From a bacterium (GTDB lineage: Bacteria; Bacillota_I; Bacilli_A; Mycoplasmatales; Mycoplasmoidaceae), in contig JAFSMC010000003.1 in assembly GCA_017448105.1 (NCBI GenBank), positions 7,360 through 71,359 of the forward strand: DNA of 64,000 bases, written 5' to 3'. The translations under genes were made by a program, and so were the position numbers. Positions 24,340-36,055 of this stretch are shown here, in pieces; position 1 is the stretch's first letter, and every line of letters begins with the position of its first letter. A model generated the notes under the pieces. It saw nothing but the letters and a program-made list of their open reading frames with translations. It had not been told where the DNA came from and searched no databases.

Positions 24340-25218
24340 CTATTTGCTGATAAACTTTTTGATTTCACTATATAAGATAGTACTTTCCTTTGGTTCAAAG
24401 GTAAGAACATGAAATCCTGATGGAATAAATAGGTATTTCTTAGAAGATTTATAATTGGTATTAAGTTTGTCAACAATTTTCTTTTTAGCTAAAATATCTT
24501 GACCAGTTTGAATATATAAAAAATTGTATGTATTATTACTAAGATTTTTGAATAAAAATCTTCAGCTAGGTTTCATGAATCTTCATGAACAAATTGGAAG
24601 CTTAGTATTCATAGATTGAGTACCAGCAATTTTTTTAGCACGTACTAAAAAAACATTTTGTGATAGTTTATCATGGACAAAGTTACTTTGTTTATCATTT
24701 AAACCAATATTAAATAACCAAGTAAAAATAATCTTACATGTAATAGATAACTTTTTGAAAAAAGGCAGTTTTTCAACATTTTTTGGTTTGTAGGGCATGT
24801 TTCAATTAACAACCCCATCAACATATTTATGACCATATTGTTTTAAATATAAGAAATTGATTGATGATCCTCATGATTCACCAAGTAAATAAATTTTTCG
24901 ATTGGGATATTTATTTCTAACAAAAAGAATTACTTCTTGTAATTCAATTAAAGTTTTTTTACGGTATTGACTTGGTTTATTTTTGTTGTTACCATGACTA
25001 GCTTTTTCATAAGAAATGAAATAATTTTCCTGAAAAATAGGAAAACACATAAATTCATTTCATTTGTTTGTCCCCCCCAAACCACAATTAAAAATAAAAA
25101 TAACTGAATTATTAGTTTTCTTTTCTGGTTCTATGCACAAAATAGGGATAGGACAAACAAATAATTTTGATTGATAATTAATATTATTGATTGAACAATC
25201 TGGAAATTTTTTCATCAT
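24340..25218 (-). CDS. alpha/beta-hydrolase (esterase / lysophospholipase-like)
   Basis: 292 codons in table 4. Nucleophile elbow GESWG. FIFNCGLGG oxyanion-type loop encoded through a G7 run. Confidence 0.7.
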
Positions 25219-25219
25219 C

Positions 25220-27514
25220 TTAAAACTCTTTAGCAAACATTAATGCATGTTTAATGGCATCATCCATATCATAATAACGATATTGTGCTAATCTCCCTAA
25301 TGGATAGAAATTTTTAAATTGTTTAAAGACATTTAAATATTTTGTATATAAAGCTTGATTCTTTTGAGATTGAATAGGGTAATAACGGTTATTAAACTTA
25401 TCAGATTTTTCATCAAATTGTGATGGATATTCTTTAGAAATAGTAGTTCAATTAGGATTATTATTTTTATTCAAAGTCATATGTTTATATTCAGTAATTC
25501 TGGTCATAGTTTTATGCCCAGGATAGTTGATAACAGCAGTTTCTTGGTAACTTGGTTTTTTAATACTTTCAAATTCAATATTTAAACTTCTATAAGGAAG
25601 TTGACCAAATTTATAGTTCAATGCTTTATCTAATGGGCCACAATAAAAGACTGGTCCATTAAAAACTTGCTTATTATGCAAAATAACTTTCTTATCGAAG
25701 TCAAATTTAAGTTTTTTAAAACAATTGGTGTTTAACATCAGTTTTATGTTTGGATGTTTAACCATTCTTCTTATTGCTTCAGTATAACCATCTTCTGGTA
25801 AACCTTGTCACTTATCATTAGGAAAATAATTATGTTCATAACTTAAAACGATTTGTACTCTGTTAATAGTAGAAGGATCAATTTTTTCAAAAGGGATACC
25901 TCACATCTTAGCTGTATAGTTGAAAAAGACATTTTTTAGAATGTAGTCAACAAATGATTTGATTTTTTTATCATTTATTTTCTTAATATCATACAAACTA
26001 ACTGTTTTTTGATTTTTAAAGGAATTTTTTAAAAAATTAATGATATAGTTTGCATTTTTTGGACAAATTATTTTAATTGATGTAAAGTTAATTGGTAATG
26101 GAAAACAAAGATCATTAACTTTTACTAAAACTTTGTTGACAAAATGGTTCAATTTTGTAAATTTACAAAAAAATTCATAAACTTCAGCATCACTAGTATG
26201 AAAAATATGAGGGCCATATTTATGAACTAAAACATTATGTCTATCTCAGTAATCATAACAATTACCACCGATAAAACTATTTTTTTCATAAATAATTATT
26301 TGATAACCTTTTTGAGCTAATTGATGAGCAAGCGTAGCGCTAGAAATACCACAGCCAACAAAAATTGCTTCTTTTTTTATGCTATTTTTGTTTTTTTTAA
26401 AATGACTAATTAAAGTTGCACTAAAACAAAAAAAACCAAATAAACATGGAAAGTAAATTATAAATAATCTTCAAATTAAAATACCATGACTAATAAACTT
26501 TTCATAATCATCAGTTAAAGTAAGCTTGCTACTTGCTCGTAAAAAAGTGTCCATCATAAACTCAATAGAGAACTCGCCACCAGGAGTAATAATTAATTTA
26601 TTGGCAGTAAAAACAACATTAGTTGCATTAAAGATTGGTCAGAAACTAATTAGTGTATCAGAAGGTCTAATAAATGAAAAAGAAGTAAAAACCATTGAAT
26701 AAATGATAAATTCATTGAAGAAAATGAGTATAAAGATCAAAATTGTATCTTTGTATTGTTTCATTGAATTGATGTATTCTTTTTGAATTAAAGCTTTTTC
26801 TTGATAAGCTTCTTTAATTTGTTCTTTTGTATGATAAGGTATATGTAATTTCTTTTTAACTCAGTTAAACATAGATGATAAAAAAACATGAATTCGGGTT
26901 GAGAAACATAAAAAGGTCATCAACAAACAACCAATAACATCAACTACCAAACCTAAAATTAAAAAGGTAAAAGCAATATTACCATTATCCAATTCAAAAA
27001 CTTTATGAATGTTTTGCATCACAATAATAAACGATGGAATAGTGATAAGTAATTGAACTACTTGCCATTCTCAAGCATTAATGAAAATGATGGCTGAAGC
27101 TCGACCAACACTTATTCCATTAGATCGCATCCAAAATAATGTGTATGGGTCATAAACAAAGTTTGCTGGAGTAACTGCTTTTAAAAAACCTATAGTTAAA
27201 GCTAAAATAATCCATTGAGAAACAGGAATATGAATATTCATCTTTCTTATTCTGATTCAGAAAGTAATTACATTAAAAAAGAAGGAAAGAAACACATAAA
27301 CAACAAGTGCAGCGAATCAGCCAATATGTGTTGGAGCAGCAAATGCATAAACAAATTGATTGAATAATTCATTAAAGTTAACTTTAATGATAGTGATAAA
27401 GGATAAAATAATTAATGCAACAGCAAGAATAAAACTTAAAGAAATAATAATTATTTTTTTTCTGCTGTAAAAAACTTTCTTTTGAGCTTGAAGTTCAAGA
27501 TTATGCGATGACAT
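25220..27514 (-). CDS. glf: fusion protein: 8-helix flippase-like/UPF0104-type membrane domain plus UDP-galactopyranose mutase
   Basis: Single frame of 764 codons. I walked 27319-26150 codon by codon and found only TGA interruptions. C-terminal half: AIFVGCGISSATLAHQLAQKGYQIIIYEKNSFIGGNCYDYW...GRLAQYRYYDMDDAI. Confidence 0.8.
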
Positions 27515-27539
27515 AGTAAACTAAAATAATACCTATTTA

Positions 27540-28229
27540 TTATATGAAAATATTTTTAATAACTTTGATAACAATTTGATCTATTTTATTAGGCAAACTG
27601 GTCAAGGATTCGTCATATTGTAAATGAAGTTTCTTTTGCAATGTTAAATTATCTGAAACACATTTAATAGCAAAAAAATCAGTTTGGGTTTTATAACAAA
27701 TTTGAGCAATAGCCATTAGTTCCATGTCAAACCCAAGAAAAGTAGCATCAGTTAAAGCAGGAAAATGTTCATAATTAGTTTGAGTAATAATTGAATCACT
27801 AGTAGCAATACAACCACAAACTGGTTTATTGTCTTTTAAAATGTTCATTACTTTATCAACATACTTCTTATTTGCTTCGTAAAACATTTTTTCATTTGGC
27901 AAAAGGTTCTTTTTATACCCAAATGCTTCTAAATCAACATCAGCATAACCTACTTTATTGACAACAATAATGTCATTAATTTTAATGTTAGGTCGTAATG
28001 AACCGCAAGCACCAATATTAAAAATAACTCTAGGATTAAAGTTATCAATCATACTCATGGCAGCAGCAGCAGCATTTGCTTTGCCAACACCACTAAAACA
28101 AATTACTACTAAAACATTGTCGAAATTAGCAAAAAAAAATCTAATTTTGTTGTATTCAATAATCTTAGTATTAAGATTTTGCAATAATTTGCCTGTTTCT
28201 TCTCTTTCGGCAATAATAATACCAAGCAT
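27540..28229 (-). CDS. mtnN: 5'-methylthioadenosine/S-adenosylhomocysteine nucleosidase
   Basis: MLGIIIAEREE...SGVGKANAAAA...FDMELMAIAQ. Confidence 0.85.
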   Translation of the reverse strand: MLGIIIAEREETGKLLQNLNTKIIEYNKIRFFFANFDNVLVVICFSGVGKANAAAAAMSMIDNFNPRVIFNIGACGSLRPNIKINDIIVVNKVGYADVDLEAFGYKKNLLPNEKMFYEANKKYVDKVMNILKDNKPVCGCIATSDSIITQTNYEHFPALTDATFLGFDMELMAIAQICYKTQTDFFAIKCVSDNLTLQKKLHLQYDESLTSLPNKIDQIVIKVIKNIFI

Positions 28230-29293
28230 TATTTATATTTCTCCGTGTTAGCTCTTAAAACACTAGCAAAACCTTTATTTAAATTCTTGCAACATTCTTC
28301 AAGTAGCTCTTCCCGGTTAGTAATATCTGTTGGTAATCTAGCTGGTTCTAGTTTATCAGCACAATATAAAGCCTTAGCAATTTTATTATTGCTGTTGTCT
28401 TTATAAATAACATGGTTCCTTAGTGCATCTAAAATAATATTATCAGTAATCTTAAATTTAGTTTTAGCTATTTCAGCAGCAGCATGACCATGTGCACAGT
28501 GAAATGATGGAAAAATTTTTAAAAAAGATGGTGAAAATAACTTTAAATATTGTTCGTGTTCCCATGATTTAGCAATATCATGCAAAATTGCTGCAATTTG
28601 AGCACGTAAAATATCTTGTTCACTAAAAAGATTAGCATAAGCAATAGTTGTAATTGTATCTAATACTCTTAAAGTATGTTGATAACGATGTTCAGTAAGC
28701 ATATCAGCAATTTTATATTGCAAATATAAATGGTTTTTCTTAATGTAATCTAAATTTTTATTACCTAAATATTTAACTGCTAATGTCTTTTTAATCGTAG
28801 CTGAATCACATGGAATATATTGATCATACACAATTTCATGTTTAGGATCTATTTGTTTAATTTTCTTATGATTTGAACGACAATGACAAACAATTATAAC
28901 AAAATTGTTAAAAGTCAAATAATCTTCCCATTTTTCAATTAGTTTATATTGATCTTCGCCAACTAAATAATATAAATTAGCAATTGGATATTTGTTTTTA
29001 ATATCTTCAATAATGTCTCGAGCATAAACAAGATTTTTTTTATTTTCATAAATTGAATAATTAAAAGTTTTGCCAAACAAGTTGATAAGCATATTTTTTC
29101 GATAAGAATATGGTACTAAATCACCATCTTTTTTCCATGGTGAATGTTTATCAATATTGATAATGATTTCACCATCAAAATGCAAAGCATTTATAGTGTT
29201 TAAAACAATTTTTAGATGACCAACATGAGGCGGATTAAAAGCACCACTATAAATTAAAATATTTTTAGTTTCACTAGATAGCATAATTAACAA
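28229..29293 (-). CDS. nadD: bifunctional nicotinate-nucleotide adenylyltransferase NadD / HD-domain YqeK
   Basis: YSGAFNPPHVGHL (HxGH) in the N-terminal half. RYQHTLRV...AAILHDIAK HD domain in the C-terminal half. Single intact ORF. Confidence 0.85.
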   Translation of the reverse strand: MLIMLSSETKNILIYSGAFNPPHVGHLKIVLNTINALHFDGEIIINIDKHSPWKKDGDLVPYSYRKNMLINLFGKTFNYSIYENKKNLVYARDIIEDIKNKYPIANLYYLVGEDQYKLIEKWEDYLTFNNFVIIVCHCRSNHKKIKQIDPKHEIVYDQYIPCDSATIKKTLAVKYLGNKNLDYIKKNHLYLQYKIADMLTEHRYQHTLRVLDTITTIAYANLFSEQDILRAQIAAILHDIAKSWEHEQYLKLFSPSFLKIFPSFHCAHGHAAAEIAKTKFKITDNIILDALRNHVIYKDNSNNKIAKALYCADKLEPARLPTDITNREELLEECCKNLNKGFASVLRANTEKYK

Positions 29294-29309
29294 TTAATAT
29301 ATATGTATT

Positions 29310-29879
29310 TTACAATATCATTGTTTCTAAGTCAAATATCTTAGTATCAACACTTGTCAACAAATTATTTTGACTAAGATGTTTGTAAATTAACTTATCC
29401 AAAAAATTAATTAATCTTGACTTACCAGCATTTTTACTATTAACTTCAGTCAAAGGTACAACTAAGATAGATTTACAACCTAAACGGTTAGCAGCAAACA
29501 CATCAATAACAAATTGGTCACCCATTAAAATAGTTTCAGATGGTTGAATGTTTAGCTTTTTAACTAATTTTTTAATTTTAAAAATTAGTGGTTTCTTAGC
29601 ATTATAGATAAAACCATCTGGATTTAATTTTTCACAAAATCTTTTTACTCTATTTTTAAAGTTATTAGAAACAACATAGAATAAAATCCCATCTTCTTTA
29701 ATCTTTTTTACAAAGTTAATAGCATTTTGACTAGGAAATTTAGAAAAATGTGGAGCTAAAGTGTTATCAAGATCGCAAAGAAACAAACGAATGTTGTTCA
29801 TTTTAAGAAAGTGTGTATCAACCTTAGTAAAATCCTTAAAAAATAGATTGGGTCGAAAATAAATAAGTAGTTGAGTGAT
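29310..29879 (-). CDS. yqeG: YqeG-family HAD-IIIA phosphatase (start codon unresolved)
   Basis: DLDNTL, VVSNN and GDQFVIDV motifs. The first ATG is at 29801, but the conserved N-terminus (YFRPNLFFKDFTKVDTHFLK) extends in frame up to a TAA at 29880-29882. The SD-preceded ATG at 29908 is in another frame. Confidence 0.7.
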   Translation of the reverse strand: MTQLLIYFRPNLFFKDFTKVDTHFLKMNNIRLFLCDLDNTLAPHFSKFPSQNAINFVKKIKEDGILFYVVSNNFKNRVKRFCEKLNPDGFIYNAKKPLIFKIKKLVKKLNIQPSETILMGDQFVIDVFAANRLGCKSILVVPLTEVNSKNAGKSRLINFLDKLIYKHLSQNNLLTSVDTKIFDLETMIL

Positions 29880-29940
29880 TTTACCTCATTGTTTTTTAAC
29901 TTTACTCATTAGCTTCCTCACTGTTTTGAATAGTTGCGGT

Positions 29941-32322
29941 TCACAATTGTGCATCAACAATTGGAACTGAAACACTGTTAATTCTAGCATTGTGGTTTAA
30001 ATAATTAATTTCACCACATGAAATATATGCTCTCTTATTATTTTTATCAAGATAAACAATAGTTGAACCATTTTTAACCGGCAATAATTTAATCACATAA
30101 GCTTTAGAATCGTGCAAGAAGAAAGTTGAAAGACTCTTACCTATATTGGTTCTATTACCTTTATTAACTTCTTCTAAAGTAATGCGTTTTAAAGCATAGT
30201 TGCTGACTATTACTAATTGAGTAACACTACTATTAATTGGAACACAACTAGCAATGCAATCATCTTCTTTTAGGTTCATAGCTTTAACACCTTTAGCAGA
30301 TTTAGAAACAAATGGGATTTGATCAATTGGGTAACAATTGATATAACCCATTTTTGAACAAATACATATTTCTTTTTCATCAGTAATAGGAAAAACTGAG
30401 ACTACTTTATCATCTACATCAAGCTTTGCATAAATAATTCCTGATGTTCGTTTAGTAACTAATTCTGATAAAAAGCAAACTTTAATCAGATTTTTCTTAG
30501 TACAAACAACAATTTTAGTTTTGTCGTCAACGTTTTTGTGGTCACTATTAATTGCTGCTATTAATTTAGGGTTTCCTTCGCAAGTAATAAGGTTATTAAT
30601 GTGAACCCCAACATCTTTAAATTTGCAACTTTCAATTTTATGGTTAGGAACAACCATACATTGACCATTGTCCATAAATAGTAATGAACGATCACGCAAA
30701 TTAGCCACATATTGTTCAACAATTAAGTCTTCTGGTTTAACAAAGTTATCTTTTGGATCATTACTAGCAAGAATCCGATTAGAAAAACTCTTCATATAAC
30801 CACTAGAAGTAAAAGTAAAAATACGTTTTTTATTTTCAATTAAATCTAGTTCATCAATAGTTGCTTTGTTTATTTCATGAGATAGCTGAGTTTTTCTAGG
30901 TGCGGGGAATAATTTTTTAAATTCACGCAATTTATTTTTTAATTGTAAGTAACGAGCATCTTTATTTTTAATTAAATTTTCATAAACTAAAATTACTTCA
31001 TTTAAATTAGCTAATTCTGCTCTTAATTGACTAATATCTGAATTAGTTAAACGATAAAGTTTTAAATTAACAATTGCTTCAGCTTGGTTTTGATTAAAAC
31101 TATATTGGTTCATTAAGCCTTTAACAGCTGATGCTTTATCAGTTGCATGTCTAATAGTAAAGACAACATCATCAATAATGGAAATAGCTTTGATTAATGC
31201 TTCAACTATTTCTTTACGACTTTTTGCTTTATTAAAGTCATATTGTGCTGTTTTTAAAATAATTTCATCAGCATGATCAATAAATGACTGCAAGAAATTT
31301 AAAATATCAAATAAAATTGGTTTACGATTTTTAATAGCAATCATATTTAAATAATAAGCGACCTGTAATTTAGAATGCTTGTATAAGAAATTGGTAATGA
31401 AATCAAAGTTAGCTGATGTTTTAGTCTCTAAAACAATGCTAACTCCATTAGCATCTGATTCATCACGGACTTCAGTAATACCTAATGTGTCATACTTTTG
31501 GGCAAGCGTATCAATAGACTTAATGATATCGGTTTTATTTGTTTCGAAAGGAATAGACTTAATAATAATTTGCTTATTACTTACTTTTTGTAATTGGCCA
31601 GAGATAATAATTTTACCTTTGCCAGTTTTATAAGCTTCTCTAATTCCTTCTAGATCAGAAATAATCCCACCAGTAGGAAAATCTGGTCCAGGCATAATAT
31701 TTAAAATTTTAGTAATAGTACAATTAGGATTATCTATCTTAGCAATAATAGCATCGGCTACTTCATTTGGATTAAATGGTGGAATATTAGTTGCATAACC
31801 AGCTGCAATACCATTAGCACCATTAATTAATAAATTGGGATAAATTGAAGGCAAAACGACTGGTTCATGTTCTGAACCATCAAAGTTCGCAATAAAATCA
31901 ACTACATCCTTTTCAATGCCTTCAATAAGCATTTGTCCAAATTTGGATAAACGGCATTCAGTATAACGCATCGCTGCAGGACCATCACCATCAATTGAAC
32001 CTTTATTACCATGCATATCTAACAAACAAAGATTATTTTTTCATTCTTGGCTTAAACGCACCATTGCTTCATAAATAGAACTATCACCATGTGGGTGATA
32101 TTTACCAATTACTTCACCAACAGTTCTTGCTGATTTTTTATGTGGTAAAGTAGATAAAAGATTTAGTTCATGCATTGCATAAATAATTCTTCTTTGTACA
32201 GGTTTTAAACCATCTCTAACATCTGGTAAAGCACGGTCTTGAATAATGTACTTAGCATATTGTCCAAAGCAATCGGACATGATATTTTCAATGGGAATAA
32301 TTATTTTCTTATTGTTACTCAT
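29941..32322 (-). CDS. parC: DNA topoisomerase IV subunit A
   Basis: [19 protein letters not shown] and AAMRYTE. Two ORFs joined by one TGA (RLSQE-W-KNN). 793 aa and no GyrA-box seen, so ParC is preferred over GyrA. Confidence 0.8.
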
Positions 32323-32326
32323 AACC

Positions 32327-34231
32327 CTATTCTTCTAAATCAAAGGAAACATTTTCATCGATTCAAGTTTTTCTTAAAGATGCATTATCTCCCATAAATG
32401 TTGATACTCTTTTTTCAGCCATAATTGCATCTTCAATAGTCACTTGAATTAATTTTCTTGAACTTTGATCCATAGTTGTACTTTTTAATTGATCAGCATT
32501 CATTTCCCCTAGACCTTTGTATCTTTGGATTTCATAAGTTTTAAAGTTGCTAGTAATTTCTGCCAATTCTTTATCATCTCATGCATAAGCAATTTTAGAT
32601 GGGTTTGATTTGTTAGTAATCTTATATAAGGGTGCTAAAGCAATGTAAACATGGCCATTTTCAATTAGTTTGCGCATGTAACGATAAAAGAAAGTTAAAA
32701 GCAAGATTCTAATGTGAGCTCCATCCACATCAGCATCTGTCATAATAATGACTTTGTTGTATTTCAAACTCTTTTCATCAAAGTCATTACTGATTCCTGC
32801 TCCTAAAGCTAAAATAATGGTAGAAATTTCTTCATTATTTAATAAATCAGATAATTTTGCTTTTTCAACATTTAAAATTTTACCTCTTAAAGGTAAAATA
32901 GCTTGATGTTTTTTATCACGAGCCAATTTAGCAGATCCACCAGCTGAATCTCCTTCGACTAAAAAAATTTCGTTTAATTCAGCTTGTTTACTTTGAGCAG
33001 GAGTTAGTTTTCCAGATAAGAATGAAGGTTTGTTTTCTTTATTACGAATCTTTTTAATATCTTCACGAGCTTTTTTAGCAGCAATTCTTGCATCCCTAGC
33101 TAATAAAACTTTATCAATAATCTTTACTGCTGCTGATTTGTTTTCCTCCAACCAGAAAGAGAATTTGCTATAACAAATTTGTTTAACAGCAGTTATTGCA
33201 TCTTGAGTAAATAATTTATTTTTAGTTTGCCCTTCATATTGAACAATACTTTCAGGAACTAAAACCGAAACTACTGCTGTTAAGCCTTCTCTAACATCAG
33301 AACCGTCGAAATTTTTATCTTTATCTTTTAAGAGTTTTTGCTTTCTAGCATAATCATTAATTGCTTCAGTCAAAGCTATTTTAAAACCAGTTTCATGACT
33401 ACCACCTTCATTGGTCTTAACAGAGTTAGCAAAACTAATAATATTTTCTGCATTGTTAGTGGTATATTGCAAAGCAATATCGACATCAATATGGTTAGCA
33501 GTACCATTAAAAGCAACCACAGGATGAAGCGGTGTTTTTGATTCATTAATAAATTTAACATATTCAGCTATACCTTTAGTTGCTTCATATTCCTCTTTGT
33601 TTCCAGTGTTTTCATCAATGAAAACAATCTTTAAACCTTTGAAAAGATATGTTGCTTCTTTAACACGATCTTTAATTAAAGATGCTTTTAATTGGCTATT
33701 TTTAAAAATAGTGTAATCTGGTAAGAAATGTACTTTAGTACCATGCAAAGTAGTTGTACCAATTTGTTTTAACGGTTGCTTGATAGTTCCACCATCAACA
33801 TATTTAGCTTCAAAAATTTTACGTTCTTTATAAACAGTAACATTACACCATTTACTTAAAGCATTAACTACAGATGAACCAACCCCATGTAAACCGCCAG
33901 CAGATCGATAAGCCTTATCATCAAATTTACCACCAGCATGTAAAGTAGTAAAAACTGTATCAACAGTAGACAACTTAGTGGTTGAATTAATTCCAGTTGG
34001 AATTCCTCGACCATTATCTTGAATTGAAATAGAATTATCTTTATACAAAGTAATGGTAATTAAATTGGCATTGCCAGATAACACTTCATCAACTGAGTTG
34101 TCAAAAATTTCTCACACTAAATGATGTAAACCATAAACGTCAGTCGATCCAATATACATCCCTGGACGTTTTTTAACTGGATCAAGACCTTGTAAGACCT
34201 TTATATTCTCATCAGTGTATTTTTCTACCAT
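32327..34231 (-). CDS. parE: DNA topoisomerase IV subunit B
   Basis: [26 protein letters not shown] and DADVDGAHI. 634 aa. Lies immediately upstream of parC. Confidence 0.8.
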
Positions 34232-34311
34232 TTGTAAGATTAGTAAAATAGTTATTTAATATATTTTATATTAAATTAGAGGCTTTGAAAGAGTTAGTGT
34301 TGTAAAACACT

Positions 34312-35241
34312 TTATAGCCTAATAATTTTATTGTTTAAATAATCAAAATTAGGATTTTTAGGATCTTTAAAATTAAAAACAATCTTATAAGCAATAAGTT
34401 GTTGAAATTTATCCTTCCTATTTAAATTTTTATACTTTTTATTAGTGTATTTTTGTTCACCAACAAGAGGATGACCAATAAAGTTTAAGTGGGCCCGAAT
34501 TTGATGGGTTTTACCAGTGATCAATTTTACTTCTAAATTACTTAAATTATTTTTAACATCATAAGAAAGAACCTTGCATTGGGTTTGAATCGGAACAAAA
34601 CTTTTGTTTTGCTTGACAGCACTAATCTTAACAATATTCTTTTTAGCATCTTTGAATCAATAAGCAGATAATAATTTGTTTTTAAATGGTAATTTACCAT
34701 AGACTAAACAGTGATAATACTTATCTATCTCATGTTTTTTAATTTTGTCATTAAGAAAGTTAGCTATTTCATGATTTTTAGCAATCATGATTAAACCACT
34801 AGTGTTAGTGTCTAAACGATGTAATAAACATGGTTCAAATTGATTTTCTTTTGATGGATCTCATTGTTTAGTTGTAAACAAATAATTTTTGACTCTATTT
34901 ATTAAACTATCAACATTTTTATGACTATAGTCATCAACAATAAGATGTGGTTGTTTGTTGACAACTAATAAATTGTCATCTTCATAAACGATCTTAATTG
35001 CTTTATTGACTTGTTTTCATTGATTTGGTATTGTTAATTGTTTTTCAATCTTAAATTTAATGCTAATAACATCATTCAAAGCCAAATGATAGTTAAATGG
35101 TTTTTTGATATCATTAACTTTAGCATAACCTTTTCTAATCATCTTAAAAATAAAAGACTTTTTACTTTGAGGATAAACTTTTAATAAAAAGTTATCAAGT
35201 CTTAAATTTTGATCATTTTTGCCAATTTTAATTGTTTCCAT
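34312..35241 (-). CDS. RluA/RluD-family pseudouridine synthase
   Basis: S4-like N-terminus (LRLDNFL), catalytic HRLDTNTSGLIMIAK, GKTHQIRAHL. Confidence 0.85.
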
Positions 35242-36019
35242 GGTTAGATCTAAAATAAAAAGCAATGATACTGGCAGTAATAGCAGCATTTAAAGAATCC
35301 ACTTTTGCAACATTGATTTTTAGTAACTTGTCACATTTAACAATAATTTGTTTATTTAATCCATTACCTTCATTGCCAATTAAAAAACAGTTGCCTGTTT
35401 TAAATTTGTAGTCTGTTAAATTACTTGCTGAAAAACTATTAGAAGTAGCAAGTAATTTAAGGTGATTTTGCTTAGCAAATATGGCAAATTCTTCAAAAGT
35501 TCTAAAACTTTTAACTGGTAATTCAAAAATATAACCCATGCTGCTTCTAATGCATTCAAAATGGTAAATGCTTGGATTATTCCCAATCAAAAATAAACCT
35601 TTGATACCAAAGGCAAGACATGAACGTGCAATTGCACCTAAATTGTGGGGATTTTGTAAGTCAACTAGACCACAATAGTTGCTTTTTACATCAACAACTA
35701 ATTTTTTAACTTTAGGTTTAACTATTGCTACTATTCCTTCTGGTGTTTTTAAATGTGATAATGTTTTAAAAATTTTATTTGAAACAATATAAGTGATTTG
35801 ACTATAGGGTTTCAATATTTTGTACATAGTTGAATCTTTTAAAAAAGTATCAATAATAAAAATGCAAACAAAATTGTCATTTTTAAAACGTACTAAATCT
35901 TGAAAAACTCGCTTAGATTCAATTACAGCAAAATGAATTTTATCACCTTGTTTAGGAGCAAAAATAACCTTTTTAGCTCATTTAATTTTTGGGTTGCTTA
36001 AAGATTCTATTTTTTGCAT
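35228..36019 (-). CDS. TrmH/SpoU-family RNA 2'-O-methyltransferase
   Basis: NLGAIARSCLAFG, LIGNEGNGL and SLNAAITASI motifs. Overlaps the rlu start by 14 nt. Confidence 0.8.
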
Positions 36020-36055
36020 AACAAATTAATTGATATTATAAATATCATAATAGTT

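Noticed and set aside
24340-25218. Apparent frameshift at the G7/C7 run (25072-25078) splitting the alpha/beta-hydrolase into two frames
   Set aside because: I had miscounted the run as 8 nt. Recounting 46 codons from ATG 25218 shows the tract is in frame (…NCGLGGTNKW…) and the gene is intact in table 4.
27958-28251. 97-aa ORF antisense to mtnN, and further shadow ORFs: 31379-31633, 33338-33561, 38817-39035, 39361-39552, 40958-41221, 41917-42189, 45448-45642, 48425-48706, 50274-50486, 51594-51776, 52533-52745, 58469-58654, 59298-59480, 60320-60541
   Set aside because: Same reasoning: they are embedded in conserved genes (parC, parE, gmk, rlmN, prkC, S41 lipoprotein, glyQS, ftsH, pta, permease) and have no motifs.
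29941-34231. Considered calling this pair gyrB/gyrA rather than parE/parC
   Set aside because: The A subunit is short (793 aa) and I could not find a GyrA-box (QRRGGKG-like) in its C-terminal domain, so topoisomerase IV is favoured. Phylogenetic placement would be needed to be certain.
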